Shown one piece after another: positions 49,444 to 61,300 of a stretch of 64,000 bases of DNA. Below the pieces are notes generated by a model. That model was not told where the DNA came from. It saw only the letters and a list, made by a program, of their open reading frames with translations, and did no database searches. Within the stretch, counting starts at the first letter, position 1; each line of letters starts with the position of its first letter. The position numbers were made by a program, and so were the translations under genes. This stretch comes from Candidatus Hydrogenedens sp. (GTDB taxonomy: Bacteria; Hydrogenedentota; Hydrogenedentia; Hydrogenedentales; Hydrogenedentaceae), in NCBI GenBank assembly GCA_049968235.1, contig JBMFRC010000003.1, positions 203,463 to 267,462 of the forward strand. The letters are read 5' to 3'.

Positions 49444-50154
49444 TTAGATATTTTCCGGGATACAAGCTACTTTTTGTAGTCGTTGAATAAGTATATTTAG
49501 GGCATCTTCAACTTCTTTTCGGGTATTTTCAACCTGATGTTCGTCTTCTGATGAAGGGGGAGGAATTATAGGTCCAAAACCGACATAAATTTTAGAAAAA
49601 GGTTTCGGAACAGGAAAACGGTCCCATGATTTTAGATGCCAGCACTTATTAACTATAGCCCCCATAGGAACAATGGGTGTTTTTGTTCTTGCAGAAAGAA
49701 CTGCAATACCGGGTTTTGCAATTCGACGCGGACCTTTGGGTCCGTCCAATGTCCAGCCTACACACCCCTGATGTTCCAGTGCTTTTTGTAGCCCTTTCAA
49801 TGCCTCGCTCCCACCGCTGGAACTTGACCCGCGAACAGCCTCCAATCCGAAACGATGAACAATACGCGAAGCCAATTCTCCATCATAACTATAACTTGTA
49901 AGGGTATGGAAATGTGTTGCCTGGAATAAGTAGGCTCCAAAAGCCATGTGTTCATGCCAGAAAGCGATTAATACTCGTCCTTCCGTTTCCATCGTGTGGT
50001 CAACATATTCCTCTTTATCAAATACAGTCCATTCACAGAGGGTAAAAAGATTTTTTAGAAGAAACGAAATAACAGGAGGAAGAATTGTTAATGCAATTTT
50101 TTGTCTTCGTGAAAAAATATAAGGACTGTCGTATGGTATTTCAGGCAATCTCAC
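49444..50154 (-). CDS. DUF374 / lysophospholipid acyltransferase (LPLAT) superfamily protein
   Basis: 'TLDGPKGPRRIAKPGIAVLSARTKTPIVP' matches the DUF374 core. Overlaps panE by 14 nt. Confidence 0.6.
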   Translation of the reverse strand: MRLPEIPYDSPYIFSRRQKIALTILPPVISFLLKNLFTLCEWTVFDKEEYVDHTMETEGRVLIAFWHEHMAFGAYLFQATHFHTLTSYSYDGELASRIVHRFGLEAVRGSSSSGGSEALKGLQKALEHQGCVGWTLDGPKGPRRIAKPGIAVLSARTKTPIVPMGAIVNKCWHLKSWDRFPVPKPFSKIYVGFGPIIPPPSSEDEHQVENTRKEVEDALNILIQRLQKVACIPENI

Positions 50155-51037
50155 GCTGTTCTAAACTCCGAACCAACTGATAAACCGTCTTCGTTCGTGG
50201 TGTTGTGAGAAATGCAGATGTTCCACGCCGGACGATTTCGCCACTTATGGCATCTATTTCGGTCCGTTTCCCGGCGCGTATATCCTGCAACATAGAGGAG
50301 ATATTGTTTGCTGTTTGCTCACATACTTCTTCTGCCACTTCTACCAAACTTCGTGAGAAACGATAGCCCTCTGTCCCGGCTACCTTTGATGCTTCTATTA
50401 CAAGTTCACGAAGTAATTCCCGTGCTTCTCGAATTTTTAACAGCATTCCGTTGGGGAGATTAAGGATAGCGGTTAGAGGATTAATGCCCGCATTAATAGC
50501 GGTTTTCTCCCAGATAACCTGACTGGGGCTTCCGGTAATTTCCACGCGGAACCCTGCTCTTTCTAAAATTTCCATAGGCTCTTTTACGGATGCGGTAGTC
50601 CAGCTTCCGAAGGTTGTTAGTCCTGATGCTGTATGTCGAACTTTCCCCTCTTCTATTAATGTGCATGCTTCTGTAGTTATTCCTGCAAGAATATTCTCTA
50701 CCCCTGTTTTTTTACAAAGGGTTTCGACATTTCCCAATCCATTTTGTAATGTGAGAACAGGCGTGTCCGGAGGCAGGGTTAAATTGCCTGTTGAATAAGA
50801 TTTCACTAAAACAATAATCAGGTTTTGTGTGGTGGGGATATGTCCGGTTACATGTACATAATATTTCTCGCTCTGGTCGTTTTCTATGATTTCTATCCCA
50901 TTTTTCAATAATCGATTAATTCGTTCCTGCTGATAGTCAATTAAATGGACACGAAATCCCGCTTTTGCAAGTTTTCCTGCAAAAAGACATCCTAAAGCAC
51001 CTGGTCCGACCACACTCACAGCATATACATTATTCAT
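50141..51037 (-). CDS. panE: 2-dehydropantoate 2-reductase
   Basis: 'VVGPGALGCLFAGKLAKAG' Rossmann fold. ApbA N/C domains, 298 aa. Confidence 0.75.
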   Translation of the reverse strand: MNNVYAVSVVGPGALGCLFAGKLAKAGFRVHLIDYQQERINRLLKNGIEIIENDQSEKYYVHVTGHIPTTQNLIIVLVKSYSTGNLTLPPDTPVLTLQNGLGNVETLCKKTGVENILAGITTEACTLIEEGKVRHTASGLTTFGSWTTASVKEPMEILERAGFRVEITGSPSQVIWEKTAINAGINPLTAILNLPNGMLLKIREARELLRELVIEASKVAGTEGYRFSRSLVEVAEEVCEQTANNISSMLQDIRAGKRTEIDAISGEIVRRGTSAFLTTPRTKTVYQLVRSLEQREIA

Positions 51038-51111
51038 TTGTTTTGCCTCCTTTGGCTCTCATTGGCAATTTGTTTTTTATATTATAGACGAAGATATAAT
51101 CTGTAAAAAAA

Positions 51112-51948
51112 CTATTTCTGCGGTTTAACAATAAATGCCTTTTTGAAATCGGGTTCTTGTGAAAGAATCTTCAACGATTCTCTCGCTGTCTTTTCGTCAG
51201 GGATATTTGTAACGATAATTTTATAAAACTTTCCATCTGGCTGAATTTTGAATACGAAATGGCTCCCGTATTTTTTCTGCAATTTATCCACCATACTTCG
51301 GGCTCTTTTTTCTGCATCATCACCTGTTAAAGCAGATAACTGGATACTGTATGTTTTCGGTTTTTGTTTTATATTAACACTGGCAGTTACATCCTTTGGA
51401 GATGCAGTTTGTTTTGGGGCAGGAGATGTAATCATATCCTGGTCAATGGGCGGAGTTATTGGTGTTAACTCAACTTGGTTTGCAGGTTGTGAGTTATTGT
51501 TTATAGGGCTTGGGGTTGAGGTATCCGAAACAGGTGTTGTTGGTTTTTCATCTGTTTTCGGGGCTTCTGCATTGCTTTCCTTATTGGAAGGAGAAACGGT
51601 ATTATTCCCTGTTTGTTCGGAAGTAGTTTTCTCAGAAGGAGAAGTAGTTTCTTCTTTTTCTGTTGTTCCTTCTGTGGAGGTTATATTTGTATCTCCGGTT
51701 GCAGGAATTTCATTTTTGGGTAATTCCGTTTTCTCTATATTTTTTGTTTCATCTGCCGTTTCTGTTTGTTTTGGGGGTTGTGCCAATTGCGTTGCAAATT
51801 CTTTTTTGCCTATGTAAACTCCGAACAGAAATACAAAAACGAAGAAGAAAATCAAACCGACCAAAATAAATAAGAATTTTTTTAGAGAGATATAAATCCC
51901 CCACGGTTCTTTCTTATTCGTCATCGGTGAATGAAAATCATTATACAT
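51112..51948 (-). CDS. SPOR domain-containing protein (septal peptidoglycan binding)
   Basis: N-terminal TM, Thr/Pro/Ser-rich linker, C-terminal SPOR fold 'YSIQLSALTGDDAEKRARSMVDKL...FKIQPDGKFYKIIV'. Confidence 0.7.
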   Translation of the reverse strand: MYNDFHSPMTNKKEPWGIYISLKKFLFILVGLIFFFVFVFLFGVYIGKKEFATQLAQPPKQTETADETKNIEKTELPKNEIPATGDTNITSTEGTTEKEETTSPSEKTTSEQTGNNTVSPSNKESNAEAPKTDEKPTTPVSDTSTPSPINNNSQPANQVELTPITPPIDQDMITSPAPKQTASPKDVTASVNIKQKPKTYSIQLSALTGDDAEKRARSMVDKLQKKYGSHFVFKIQPDGKFYKIIVTNIPDEKTARESLKILSQEPDFKKAFIVKPQK

Positions 51949-52483
51949 GGGAAATACTATCTTGCGGGTTTGGGTTTTCCTTTTCGGGGTTACCTTCGAG
52001 TCGCTCTAAAACAATTTTTTTGGCTTCTTCCATTTCAGAGAAAGAAAAATTGGGGTCTCTTACCTCAATAACACGGTCGTCTATACGGTCAATATACATG
52101 ATTATATAACCATCTCTCTGGGAGATTGCTATTTCTTTTATCTTTTTAAATATTTTTTCCCTTCTTAATAATTGGGAAGTAAGAAAAGCGATAGCAAGTT
52201 CCATACGCGAGTGTTCTTTTTCTGCAGATTCATAAAAAAGTTTTCGGAGAGGAGAATCTATGGTTTCTTGTTCTTTTCTTTGGACTTTTATATCAATATA
52301 GCGATGTCGCCATTGTGATAACGACTCTTGCTTGCCCTGCTGTTCCCAGCACGAAAGACAAAAGTCTTGCCGTAACCATTCTTTGTTTTTTTCAAGAATC
52401 CGTGACCAAATCCATTCTTCGTGTATAAACGGTTTCTCACAGGAAAGACATTTTATTCCATTCCGAGATATCTTTATTTCCAT
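51941..52483 (-). CDS. hypothetical zinc-ribbon protein
   Basis: N-terminal 'CLSC...CLSC' pair. Its stop overlaps the SPOR gene start. Confidence 0.3.
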   Translation of the reverse strand: MEIKISRNGIKCLSCEKPFIHEEWIWSRILEKNKEWLRQDFCLSCWEQQGKQESLSQWRHRYIDIKVQRKEQETIDSPLRKLFYESAEKEHSRMELAIAFLTSQLLRREKIFKKIKEIAISQRDGYIIMYIDRIDDRVIEVRDPNFSFSEMEEAKKIVLERLEGNPEKENPNPQDSISHV

Positions 52484-52536
52484 GTCAACATCACCTCCAT
52501 TTCACAAACAATTATCGCAAATTGTGGAGATATACT

Positions 52537-55500
52537 TCATTTTGGAGGACCGGTTGTTGAGCCAAGCACACCCCCACCTAATTTGAGCAAATCCACCAAT
52601 ATTTTACGCGGTATATCAATAACACGGAAGGCTTCTGTTGTAATTTCCGCTGCACCACTGACCAGTGTAACTACGAGGGGGGGTAATTCTTTGACCTGTC
52701 CCTTAGGGCTAAATGAAGGTCCATGAACACGGAAACCTAATTGTATCGGATTCTGGATAATCTGATGTCCACGAATATTAAAACTATCTCGAATTACGGC
52801 TATTTGCGAAGCCAGTTGGGGTGATAATGTTACAGATAAATCATAATCCATATCGCCATCAATAATGAACTGTCCACTACCATTTATCTGCAAGCCTTCT
52901 GAACGGAATTGGACATTCGGAGTTTTGACGAGGTCTTTTTCCATCTGGACATCGCTTGTAAAGGTATAGAAGGGCAGGGTTGCGGGAAAATTTGTAGGGG
53001 ACATTTCCGGAGCAAATCGGCTGAGAAAAAGGTCAGTCTTCACTTTCCCATTAACTACCTGGAAGGACCCTTTTCCGGATAGAGTATTGGAGTCATCCAA
53101 ATCCAGTGAGTATTCTACATTCCCTGTGCAATTACCTTCCATAGCCTCCGGCAGATTTAGATGGCGAACAAGATAAATAACGGGAATGTTTTTCCATTGG
53201 GCTTTCAAAATACTCAAATTTTCAGGAGAAGTAACGGAATAGCTACCTTCTAATGTTCCATCTCCAACCTGAGCAGAAAAACGGTCTAATCCTGAAATTT
53301 GTGGTTTGTCATAAGCAATTCCCTTGAAGGAAGTTCCTTCCCATGGACTCATGGTTATCTTATCTGCATTTAAGGCAAAGGTCCAGTATTCCGGTGCTGA
53401 AGGGGGTTCTTTTTTTCGTATTCGTTCTGCCTCTGCTTCTTCTTTTGAACGTAAAGGTAACAACCATTTCACCCCGATTGGAGGGATATTTGCTTCTTTG
53501 GCAGTGATTGTGAAAGTGCGTGTGCGATTATTCAGGTCTCGTTCATCAATAAACGCCTGGAGTGATATGCCTTTTGCTTCCAGAGGAATGTCTGTTCCCT
53601 TCGCAAGGAAGGAAGCCCAATCAATATCCATTCCAATCCGCATGGTTTCCCCATATTTTTCTGTTCGTGTCTTCTTCTCCCAGAGGAAAGAACCATTTGT
53701 TGCGATGCCCCCTCGACCTTCATACGGGACACGCAAACACTTGCTTGCGGTATTAACATCTAATGCTTTTGTAGTTACATTTACTCTTCGCAGATTGAAT
53801 TTCTTATTGTAGTAAGCATATTCAAACTTTGCATCCAATGGTGTCGATTCCAGCAAAGCGGAACCTTCTATTGTTAATGTTTTTTGAGGAACGAAAGTAA
53901 TATTTAAATTAGGGATTGTCGCCCCGATACCGGAATGTTTACGAAACCACCACTGGAAACTTACATCAGCAGAGGTTAATTCTGCATTTAATTGGGTTGT
54001 TATTTTTTCCGGGTGATAATCTATAACTGCCTGAAAAGTGGCACTTCCTGCTAAAGAGACATCATCATCTTCTTTTAAAAAGGGTAGTTTTTCCAGAGTA
54101 TTCAATGTTCCACTAATGGTAAAGTTCCCTACTTTCTCTGCAACTTTATAAATTCCTTTTGCTGTAATGGGGGAATTGTTATAAATCCCTGACAACGAAT
54201 CTACCGTTATTTTATCTGTATCCAGAATACAGGTTGCAGAAATTCCATCTATTTTGACCTTCAAAGGAGCATACTCAATAACACCTTCTTTAAGGACTAA
54301 TGTCCCTTGTGGTAATTTGCCTGCTGTTGCCCAGCCTACTTTCACCAATTCCAGTTTAGCACGGAGTGAAGGGAGTTCCGGACGAGTTGGTGTAAATTCT
54401 AATGTTCCATTGGTTACATCGGCTAATGCCTCCAAAATAGGTTTAGAAAATGGCCCCCGAATCCCCAAACGCAAATTATTTAACTGGTCAAAACTTAATA
54501 CAAAATCGCCATAAGGTTTTATCTGTTGTTGTGTTAGAGAAGTAATAATATCCTCCAGCGGTATTTTACGAACTTCCAATGTTAGGTCTAATTCAGGAAT
54601 AGGTTTATCAAGGAAGAGCAACCCTGAAAGACTTCCATCGAATTGCGGAGAAGTAATATCTGCTGTAGTGATTCGCAAACGCTTTTCCGATAACTTCAAA
54701 TCTGCCAGAGCCATAATTTCTCCCGTTATTGTTTGAAAAGGGATATCTGGCGATTTAGCTTTGATATTTTCAAAAGGTGCTTCTACCGCAATAATCAATG
54801 TCTGATTGGGGTATCCTGCCACGCGCAACGAAGGCGTTATAGAACCTTCCGGATACAGGAAATCAGAAAAAGGAAGAAGTTTTTCCAACTGTGTTAACAG
54901 GATCTTATCACTGGAGGCTCGAACATCAAAATCTTCGATAGAACGAAATCGGACATCCAGATTGATTGTATTTTCTTCTGGAATCTCCGGCAGATAAGAA
55001 ACCGTCGTTTCTACTTTTGCTCGGAATTCCGAAGAATCTGCGAAACGATAACAGTCAAATTGTAATTTTTTCAACTGCAATTCATGCTCCGGAATAAGTC
55101 CAAAAATAGAAATATTATTCCTTTCTCCAACAACACGAAACGAAATATCCTTCCAATCTATGGAAGTGTTTCCCTTTGAAGATTTTCGTATCTCTTCCCA
55201 GAAGGATGGGTCTTCAATATTTACTTTTATATCCGACTGGCTAACTTCAATACGGTCGAAACTCCATTCACCATAAAGTAAATTAATCCAGTTTACATGT
55301 ACTATTGTGCGTGGAATGGTCATATCTGCCTTCATTCCCTTATAATCCACACGAAGGGAAATGTCATCAATTCGAAGCCCTCGTAATCCATTGGGGAGAA
55401 TTCTACCTACAGAAAGTTTCCCATTTACTTTTTGGCTTATTTCTTGCTCAAAATTTGACTTCAATGCTAACAGTTTATACCGAGCATACAGGAAGCCCCC

Positions 55501-55548
55501 GGATAATAAAAGGGCAAGTAAGATAAAAAGTATGGAAATAAGACGCAA
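52537..55548 (-). CDS. AsmA/TamB-like outer-membrane biogenesis family protein
   Basis: 1003 aa. Single N-terminal TM anchor followed by a long predominantly beta-sheet periplasmic region. N-terminus resembles AsmA. Confidence 0.45.
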   Translation of the reverse strand: MRLISILFILLALLLSGGFLYARYKLLALKSNFEQEISQKVNGKLSVGRILPNGLRGLRIDDISLRVDYKGMKADMTIPRTIVHVNWINLLYGEWSFDRIEVSQSDIKVNIEDPSFWEEIRKSSKGNTSIDWKDISFRVVGERNNISIFGLIPEHELQLKKLQFDCYRFADSSEFRAKVETTVSYLPEIPEENTINLDVRFRSIEDFDVRASSDKILLTQLEKLLPFSDFLYPEGSITPSLRVAGYPNQTLIIAVEAPFENIKAKSPDIPFQTITGEIMALADLKLSEKRLRITTADITSPQFDGSLSGLLFLDKPIPELDLTLEVRKIPLEDIITSLTQQQIKPYGDFVLSFDQLNNLRLGIRGPFSKPILEALADVTNGTLEFTPTRPELPSLRAKLELVKVGWATAGKLPQGTLVLKEGVIEYAPLKVKIDGISATCILDTDKITVDSLSGIYNNSPITAKGIYKVAEKVGNFTISGTLNTLEKLPFLKEDDDVSLAGSATFQAVIDYHPEKITTQLNAELTSADVSFQWWFRKHSGIGATIPNLNITFVPQKTLTIEGSALLESTPLDAKFEYAYYNKKFNLRRVNVTTKALDVNTASKCLRVPYEGRGGIATNGSFLWEKKTRTEKYGETMRIGMDIDWASFLAKGTDIPLEAKGISLQAFIDERDLNNRTRTFTITAKEANIPPIGVKWLLPLRSKEEAEAERIRKKEPPSAPEYWTFALNADKITMSPWEGTSFKGIAYDKPQISGLDRFSAQVGDGTLEGSYSVTSPENLSILKAQWKNIPVIYLVRHLNLPEAMEGNCTGNVEYSLDLDDSNTLSGKGSFQVVNGKVKTDLFLSRFAPEMSPTNFPATLPFYTFTSDVQMEKDLVKTPNVQFRSEGLQINGSGQFIIDGDMDYDLSVTLSPQLASQIAVIRDSFNIRGHQIIQNPIQLGFRVHGPSFSPKGQVKELPPLVVTLVSGAAEITTEAFRVIDIPRKILVDLLKLGGGVLGSTTGPPK

Positions 55549-55640
55549 CCTGTGATGGCTGTCGTGTTTCTCTCTCAGTTTTGATATGTTCTCTGAATGC
55601 GGAGCGATTCGTTTGTTCCTTACTTCTCTTAATAATTTAA

Positions 55641-56681
55641 CTACTTTTCTTTCGTTTCAGGTGAATTTACAATGCCGTGTTTTTCCAGAACCTTGTTGCG
55701 AATTTGGGAACACAATTCCGGGTTTTCCTTCAGGTATCTGCGAGCAGATTCTCTTCCCTGTCCAATATTTTCACCATTGTAAGAGAACCAGGCACCACTC
55801 TTTTGTATAATTTTCTCATCGATAGCGAGGTCAAGCAAATCACCTTCATACGAAATTCCTTCATCAAACAAAATATCAAATTCCGCAGAACGGAAGGGTG
55901 CGCTCAACTTATTTTTGACAACTTTTGCACGTACCCGGTTTCCTATATCCACTTCTTTTTCCTTTACGGAACTAATTCTTCGCATATCAATTCGCATACT
56001 TGCATAAAATTTTAATGCTTTGCCTCCCGTAGTAACCTCGGGATTTCCATAAGTTCCACCTATCTTATCCCGAATTTGATTAATAAATATAACCAGTGTT
56101 TTAGAACGACTAATAACCCCCGTAAGCCGACGTAACGCCTGAGACATAAGTCGTGCCTGTAATGCCATGTGTTGGTCTCCAATTTCACCTTCAATCTCTG
56201 CTTTCGGAACCAATGCTGCTACGGAATCGATAACAATTACATCAAAGGCATTACTTCGCACCAAATTCTCACATATATCTAAAGCCTGTTCCGCATAGTC
56301 TGGCTGGGATACTAATAAATTGTTTATATCCACTCCTATTTTTCCTGCAAATGATGGGTCTAAAGCATGTTCCGCATCAATATAACATGCGATACCCCCT
56401 TCCTTTTGTGCATTGGCTACAACATGAAGAGCCAGTGTCGTTTTACCTGACGATTCCTGACCAAAAATTTCAACCACACGCCCTAAAGGCATTCCTCCAA
56501 TTCCCGTGGCAAGGTCCAGAGATAAACAACCTGTAGAAATGGAACGTATCCCCTGCGTAAAACGGTCATCACCCAAGCGAATTAATGTTCCTCTCCCATA
56601 TTGCCGTTCCAGTTGAGAGAGTGCAATTTCCAGTGCCTTATTTTTTGCTTTTGCATCTTCAGCGTTTGGTATCGTTGACAT
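55641..56681 (-). CDS. recA: recombinase RecA
   Basis: '[20 protein letters not shown]' Walker A and '[15 protein letters not shown]'. 346 aa. Confidence 0.97.
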   Translation of the reverse strand: MSTIPNAEDAKAKNKALEIALSQLERQYGRGTLIRLGDDRFTQGIRSISTGCLSLDLATGIGGMPLGRVVEIFGQESSGKTTLALHVVANAQKEGGIACYIDAEHALDPSFAGKIGVDINNLLVSQPDYAEQALDICENLVRSNAFDVIVIDSVAALVPKAEIEGEIGDQHMALQARLMSQALRRLTGVISRSKTLVIFINQIRDKIGGTYGNPEVTTGGKALKFYASMRIDMRRISSVKEKEVDIGNRVRAKVVKNKLSAPFRSAEFDILFDEGISYEGDLLDLAIDEKIIQKSGAWFSYNGENIGQGRESARRYLKENPELCSQIRNKVLEKHGIVNSPETKEK

Positions 56682-56984
56682 TTCTTTTCTCCATGGATTG
56701 CTTTGTTAAAATTTATTATGTGAAAAATATTTCACTATATATAGTATTATGCATATTTTCTTATACAATGTCAATTATACTACTTTTTTATTATACCTTT
56801 TCACTATTAACAGAAGAAATGCACACTTCGGTATCATTTTTTTACTGCTCTTTGCTTCTAAATTACTTCTACTTATTCAAAGATTTTATATACCTGTTTC
56901 AGTTAAAATATAAGGGAAATAAATAGTCCTTCTGACATAATTACCATTTTATGCAGGAACCGTTTTTAAAAGTATTTTGGATGT

Positions 56985-58391
56985 ATGAAACATTTTGACG
57001 AGGAAATTGTTTCGGGGAATGTTCTAAATTCCCTATGGAAATTGACCTGGCCATTGGTTCTATTAAATCTAATCAATGGAATGCATGGGTTTATTGACCA
57101 GGTGTTGATAGGTCATTTTGTTCCGGGCAAAAACAATGAGGGTAATGCGGCGGTGGGTGTGGCATGGCAGTTGTTTATTGTAATGGTGGTATTAATTGCC
57201 TCTATTTCTCATGGGATGAATGTATTAATAGCGAGATATGCCGGGCGACAGAACCGAAAAATGGTGAACACAATATTCTTCGATGCCTTTTTAACCGGGG
57301 CTTTTTTTCTGGTTGGAATTGTGGCCCCTTTAGGATATATTTTCAGTCCACAACTATTACGATTTATTGGTGTTGAGGAAAGGGTTTATCATCTATCACT
57401 TCCTTATTTGCGACTTCTATTTGTATTCAACTGGACTTTGTTTTTGATGATACTGCTTACAGGGGCATTTCAAGCAGCGGGGGAACCCAAATTAGCGTTG
57501 ATGCTAAACATATTGAATGCGGGACTGAATATTGTTATCAGTTTTGTCCTTATTACAGGATTGGGTATTTTCCCTTCATTCGGTGTTATAGGGGCAGGGA
57601 TAGGAACAGTTCTGGCACCAGGAATTTCTTTACTACTGGCGTTCTATTTAATGTTACGAGGAAAGACATTAATACAACTCCCTTCCCAATGGCGCTGGTT
57701 CCCCAATTTCCATGTTTTGAAAATGATAATCCGTGTTGGGTTACCGACAGGGATACAGGGGGTTGTTCTGAATATTGCGGGGGTCCTTTTAATCAAATAT
57801 ATCAGTAGCATGCCCAATAGCACGGCGGGACAGTCCGCTTATACTATTTGCTACACTCAATTGTTCTCAATTGTAACATGGACATCTTTTGGTCTTCGTT
57901 CCGCATGTTCTACTGTGATGGGGCAGAATATAGGCGCCGGCAATCCGCAACGGGGCAAAAAAGCAGTTCAGGCGGGTGCTTATTTAGGAGCCTTATGGGG
58001 AGCTACGATTGGAGTTATCTTCGTTTTCTTTCCAACACCTCTGCTGTATATATTTAATGCTCAATCCGAATTGGTTTTGGAATATGGAAAGGCTTTACTG
58101 CAATGTCTGGCTTTTTCAGGGATATTACTGTCTGCAACTCTTGCTATGACAGGTGGAATTCAGGGTTCCGGCGCAACGCGATTACCTATGATAATTGCGA
58201 TGGTATCACAGTTCGGAGTGCTGTTAGGAGTATGTGAAGTGCTGTATCTATTAGGGATGTTAAATATTTATCGAATCTGGTATGTCATTTTACTTGCCCA
58301 TTTTGTCCGTTATGTGTTGACATTGACGATATTCAAAACAGATGGCTGGACAAAAACAAGGGTAGAAATTTCCCCACAATTCGAAAATTAA
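56985..58391 (+). CDS. MATE family efflux transporter
   Basis: 468 aa, 12 TM helices. Paralogous in topology to the gene at 1641..3041. Confidence 0.75.
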   Translation: MKHFDEEIVSGNVLNSLWKLTWPLVLLNLINGMHGFIDQVLIGHFVPGKNNEGNAAVGVAWQLFIVMVVLIASISHGMNVLIARYAGRQNRKMVNTIFFDAFLTGAFFLVGIVAPLGYIFSPQLLRFIGVEERVYHLSLPYLRLLFVFNWTLFLMILLTGAFQAAGEPKLALMLNILNAGLNIVISFVLITGLGIFPSFGVIGAGIGTVLAPGISLLLAFYLMLRGKTLIQLPSQWRWFPNFHVLKMIIRVGLPTGIQGVVLNIAGVLLIKYISSMPNSTAGQSAYTICYTQLFSIVTWTSFGLRSACSTVMGQNIGAGNPQRGKKAVQAGAYLGALWGATIGVIFVFFPTPLLYIFNAQSELVLEYGKALLQCLAFSGILLSATLAMTGGIQGSGATRLPMIIAMVSQFGVLLGVCEVLYLLGMLNIYRIWYVILLAHFVRYVLTLTIFKTDGWTKTRVEISPQFEN

Positions 58392-58393
58392 AG

Positions 58394-61300
58394 TTATGGA
58401 CTTTTCTGAACGCTAAATGTGAATTTAGGACCGAAAAGAGCGCGATTAAAACTCTCCATAGTTAATTGCACGGACGGATTGTTATTCACGGGAATTTCAA
58501 AGTGGAAAGCGGTTGTTTCTCCGCGTTTTAGCGATTTATTTAACGGGACTTGTTGCTGTTTTTGTCCGCTACATATAAGTAAAGAGACATTACCTTCCGA
58601 CAAGTCTTGTTTTGAACCTGCAATCCATTCAGCCTCCCCTAAATTGGTGCATATCACCCGTAACTTTATTTTCTCTGTTTCCTTCGGCAATCGGATTATA
58701 TCGCCTTTATAAACAACTTTTTCCTCTGGATTATTTATCCATACGACAGAGTCAAAAAATGCATCTAAATATTTAGGGGGATTGCTACTGTTATAGGGGA
58801 CATTACCTACCGCTAATAAAGGACAATTTCGTGAATTTGTTCCTGTTGCTTCACTTACTAATTTTGGATTTTTCCCTTCTTCTATCAACCGCCAGAATGT
58901 TTCTTTAATATTGTTATAAATACCATAAACACCCATCGAAGTCTTATCACGGTCAATTTTTATTTCGCAATCATAAGGCTGAAATTTCTGTTTATGAAAA
59001 ATTTTTGTATGTTCCTTTATAACCGTAGTAGCGGGACGATAGGTCCCATCCGGATTAATAATTCCATAATCACTTTTCTCGTTTACACGATAGCCACCGG
59101 GATACCACCAGAAATAGACCCCGTCAGAACCACTTCGGGATAGCATTTTATAAAAATCCGTGAAAAAGTCTGCCTGAAACTTTAATGCACGCTGAGTTTG
59201 TTCCTCATTTTTTCGATAGACACTATATCCTATCTCTGCCCAGATTAAGGGTATATCGGGATTGCAAAATGTGCCATATTTTACCTGAAACCAGCCCGGT
59301 TTGACCATCTCCCAGTTCCCAATTCTACCATAGGCTTCCGGCTCGAGTATATCTACTGCCTGCGACAAGTAATACCAATCATACGGAAGTGGATTTGCCC
59401 AATTGTTGGTAGGATTGGAGCCTTCTGTCATACGGAAACTTACCGCATGATTTGTATCTACAGAACGGACTAATGTCCTTGCTCGATTGTAATATTCGTA
59501 CAGGAGTGTATCCAGAAAACGGCGATACGCACATACCATGACGCGCCATTCGCCATCGTTTGTCATCATCTTATCGGTGGGGTTTGTGATATTCCCATTC
59601 TCATCTCGCTGTATGGGATATTTCCAGTCCTTTTCTGCATTTTCAATAGAGCCATATCGTTCTGTTACCCATCCCGCCCATTCCTTGTCCCAACGTTTTC
59701 TCCCTTCGTGTCCCGGAAACATAGGTTCCCATGCTAAATCATAAGCGAACACCTCATCATGCTCCGATAACCGATAATACTCTATCATTTCCTTTATTTT
59801 ATCCCACTCAAAGTCAAAGGGTGTGCCAGGTCGCAAAGATAAATTGACCTTCAATCCTAACCGGTCTGCACGATACAACAAATCAAGCAGGTTCTGGTCT
59901 TTCATTACATCGTGATACTGAAATACACTGATGGAATTCAGCCCTATTCCCGCAATCCGTTCTAAATCGCGTTGAATAACCCATGGATCGTATGCTTCTG
60001 CTCCCATCCAATATTCGAAATAATGCCACCACTCTACACCTATTCCTGAGGAAGGCATATAGTTTACCCCATGCGGACACCAACGCTTCCCACGATAGAT
60101 AAAATCACCCCGCTTCACCTTGACAAATTCTTTTTTTGTTCGTGGTTTCCAGCAATTTAACTCGTGATATACATAATCTTTGGTTTCCCCATTTACAATA
60201 AGATAACATTCCACCCTGACATTGTCCCCTGCAATTTGCGGATAAGGGATACTTTCTTCAATTCGAGATATTTGCTGTTTGCCCGGTTGGATAGGCAAAT
60301 CATCTTTCCATAATACTTTGCCACTGTTACCCCGTAATAGCAATTGTATATCTGCATTCGGATAATCCGCATCAGATGTCATAAGAACAGTAGCCCCCAT
60401 CGGTAACTCCTGGTCCGAAAAAACAGTGTAATAAGAACATCCCCCATCAACAAAAAAAACACCCTCCCTTAATTTTTTAATCCATTCGGAAAAGTAGTTA
60501 ACAAATTGTTCGCATAAATACCATTCTGGGTCCTGAACAGCAAAACAGGCTTGAACAGAATTTTTATAAGGTTCATTATTGTATATCATCATTGCGGAAA
60601 TAGTCCCACGATAATCCTTTCCCTTGCCCCAGGCATGCATTAACGGGACCCATCGCCATGAACGACGCTTATCAAAACCTCCACCACGAGGACGAGGATG
60701 AATTAATAAAAATTGTTTAGGAACAGGCATCGTCACTTCTTTTAGAGCTAACTCTGTATCCGTTGAAACGAAATGAACATTATTTGATGTATAAAATTTA
60801 TATTCCGGATAGAACAGTTCTAATTTAGGTAGATCTGTCGTCTGTAGGAGTATTTGATACTGCGGTGTCATCGGTGCAGTGCCCAATCCTGCAAACCAGA
60901 ATTCATGCCTGCCACCCGCGATAGGCGAATGGCTCATTGTTAAGCCTATATAAACCTTAACTGCGTTTTGTGGGTTAAATGTCGTTCTTGAACGCGAAGG
61001 AGATTCCCACAACTTAAATCTATCCGGTGTCAGTACATAAAACTGCCAGTCTGTGCTTAATGGAACAGATGTAATCCATCGCGAACCATCTTTCTCTCGC
61101 CATTCAACAGTGAGATAATCTGTTGTCTTAGTCCCTCTGGCAAAAAAAACGGTAACTTGATGATTATCCGGAAACGGATTTTCCAGAGCGGGAGACGCAA
61201 AAATATCCCAGCCTTTCATATCTATAATAAAAGCATGAAAGCCGTGGAAAGTTTGGTTCGGGATAATATCGTTTAATGGCTGATATTCAAAAACGACCGG